DNA of 64,000 nt, from assembly GCA_963743635.1 (NCBI GenBank), contig CAVUQO010000002.1, positions 320,001-384,000 on the forward strand, read 5' to 3'. This document shows positions 63,505 through 64,000 of this stretch, piece by piece (position 1 is the stretch's first letter; each line of letters opens with the position of its first letter). This DNA is from Candidatus Babeliales bacterium. Lineage in GTDB: Bacteria; Babelota; Babeliae; Babelales; Vermiphilaceae. The notes beneath the pieces are model-generated. The model did no database searches and had not been told where the DNA came from. It was given only the letters and a program-made list of their open reading frames with translations. The translations under genes were made by a program, and so were the position numbers.

Positions 63505-64000
63505 TTATCCCTGCTCCATAATGCGCACGCTGCTGCCATTCGTTCCCTTTTCCACCATGAAATGGATCGGAAATTGATCCTTCATTGAAGGTAAGTGCGA
63601 TACGATAATGATCTTGGCAAAATCATCTTGGATCTTATGGAGTGCATCCATGATGTGTGCCAAGCCTTCTTCATCCTGCGAACCAAATCCTTCATCGATG
63701 ATGAGTGTTTGCAGCGAGGTGTTGGCACGACGCGCAAGCAGCTTAGAAATCGCGATGCGAAGGGCAAAATCGATTCTAAATGCTTCACCGCCTGAAAACA
63801 GTTCATAAGGGCGTACGCCGGCGGCATCAGATATTTTGATGTCGAGCGTTTCTTTGGTGCCACCCTTTTTTAAATCGCGCAATGATTCAATGAAAAGTTG
63901 CGCTTGATTATCAGTTAGTTTCGAAAGCAGATGATTTGCTTCCTGTTCAATTTCAGGAATAGCATCTTCGATCAGAAGTGCTTGAATGCCATCTTTGCTG
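63505..64000 (-). CDS. SbcC/Rad50-like SMC ATPase, C-terminal part (runs off window)
   Basis: FSGGE signature, LIIDEGFGSQD Walker B/D-loop, IVSH. Confidence 0.88.
   Translation of the reverse strand, partial: SKDGIQALLIEDAIPEIEQEANHLLSKLTDNQAQLFIESLRDLKKGGTKETLDIKISDAAGVRPYELFSGGEAFRIDFALRIAISKLLARRANTSLQTLIIDEGFGSQDEEGLAHIMDALHKIQDDFAKIIIVSHLPSMKDQFPIHFMVEKGTNGSSVRIMEQG

Overview
Bacterial chromosome window, most consistent with a protist-infecting intracellular bacterium of Candidatus Dependentiae/Babelota (TM6). This is inferred from gene content only: many orphan signal-peptide proteins plus ankyrin, WD40 and Skp1-like domains. About 1-40 kb mixes housekeeping genes (glmM, degenerate cdaA-cdaR, trpS, pcrA, hflX, ffh-rpsP-khpA-trmD-rplS, murC, yidC, recR, pepP, rplM, rseP) with clusters of small secreted orphan genes. 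About 41-60.4 kb is the str-S10-spc-alpha ribosomal superoperon; its many frameshifts look like long-read assembly errors. The window ends with nifU-like, SMR and Skp1-WD40 genes and the 3' end of an SbcC/SMC ATPase. Most notable: (1) a putative secreted effector set whose mature proteins begin Met-[D/E/N/Q] and carry eukaryote-type motifs (EEVD-like tail, CaaX box, NLS-like and CDK-like sites); (2) a Skp1-like + WD40 fusion with near-identical 126-bp repeats varying mainly at a few codons; (3) a signal peptide-Hint-toxin/immunity pair inserted in a cdaA-cdaR-glmM operon whose cyclase lacks its catalytic motifs; (4) an abundant REP-like palindromic family, with copies translated in-frame inside genes, plus a two-copy IS200/IS605-like MITE. 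No rRNA, tRNA or CRISPR array was recognised.
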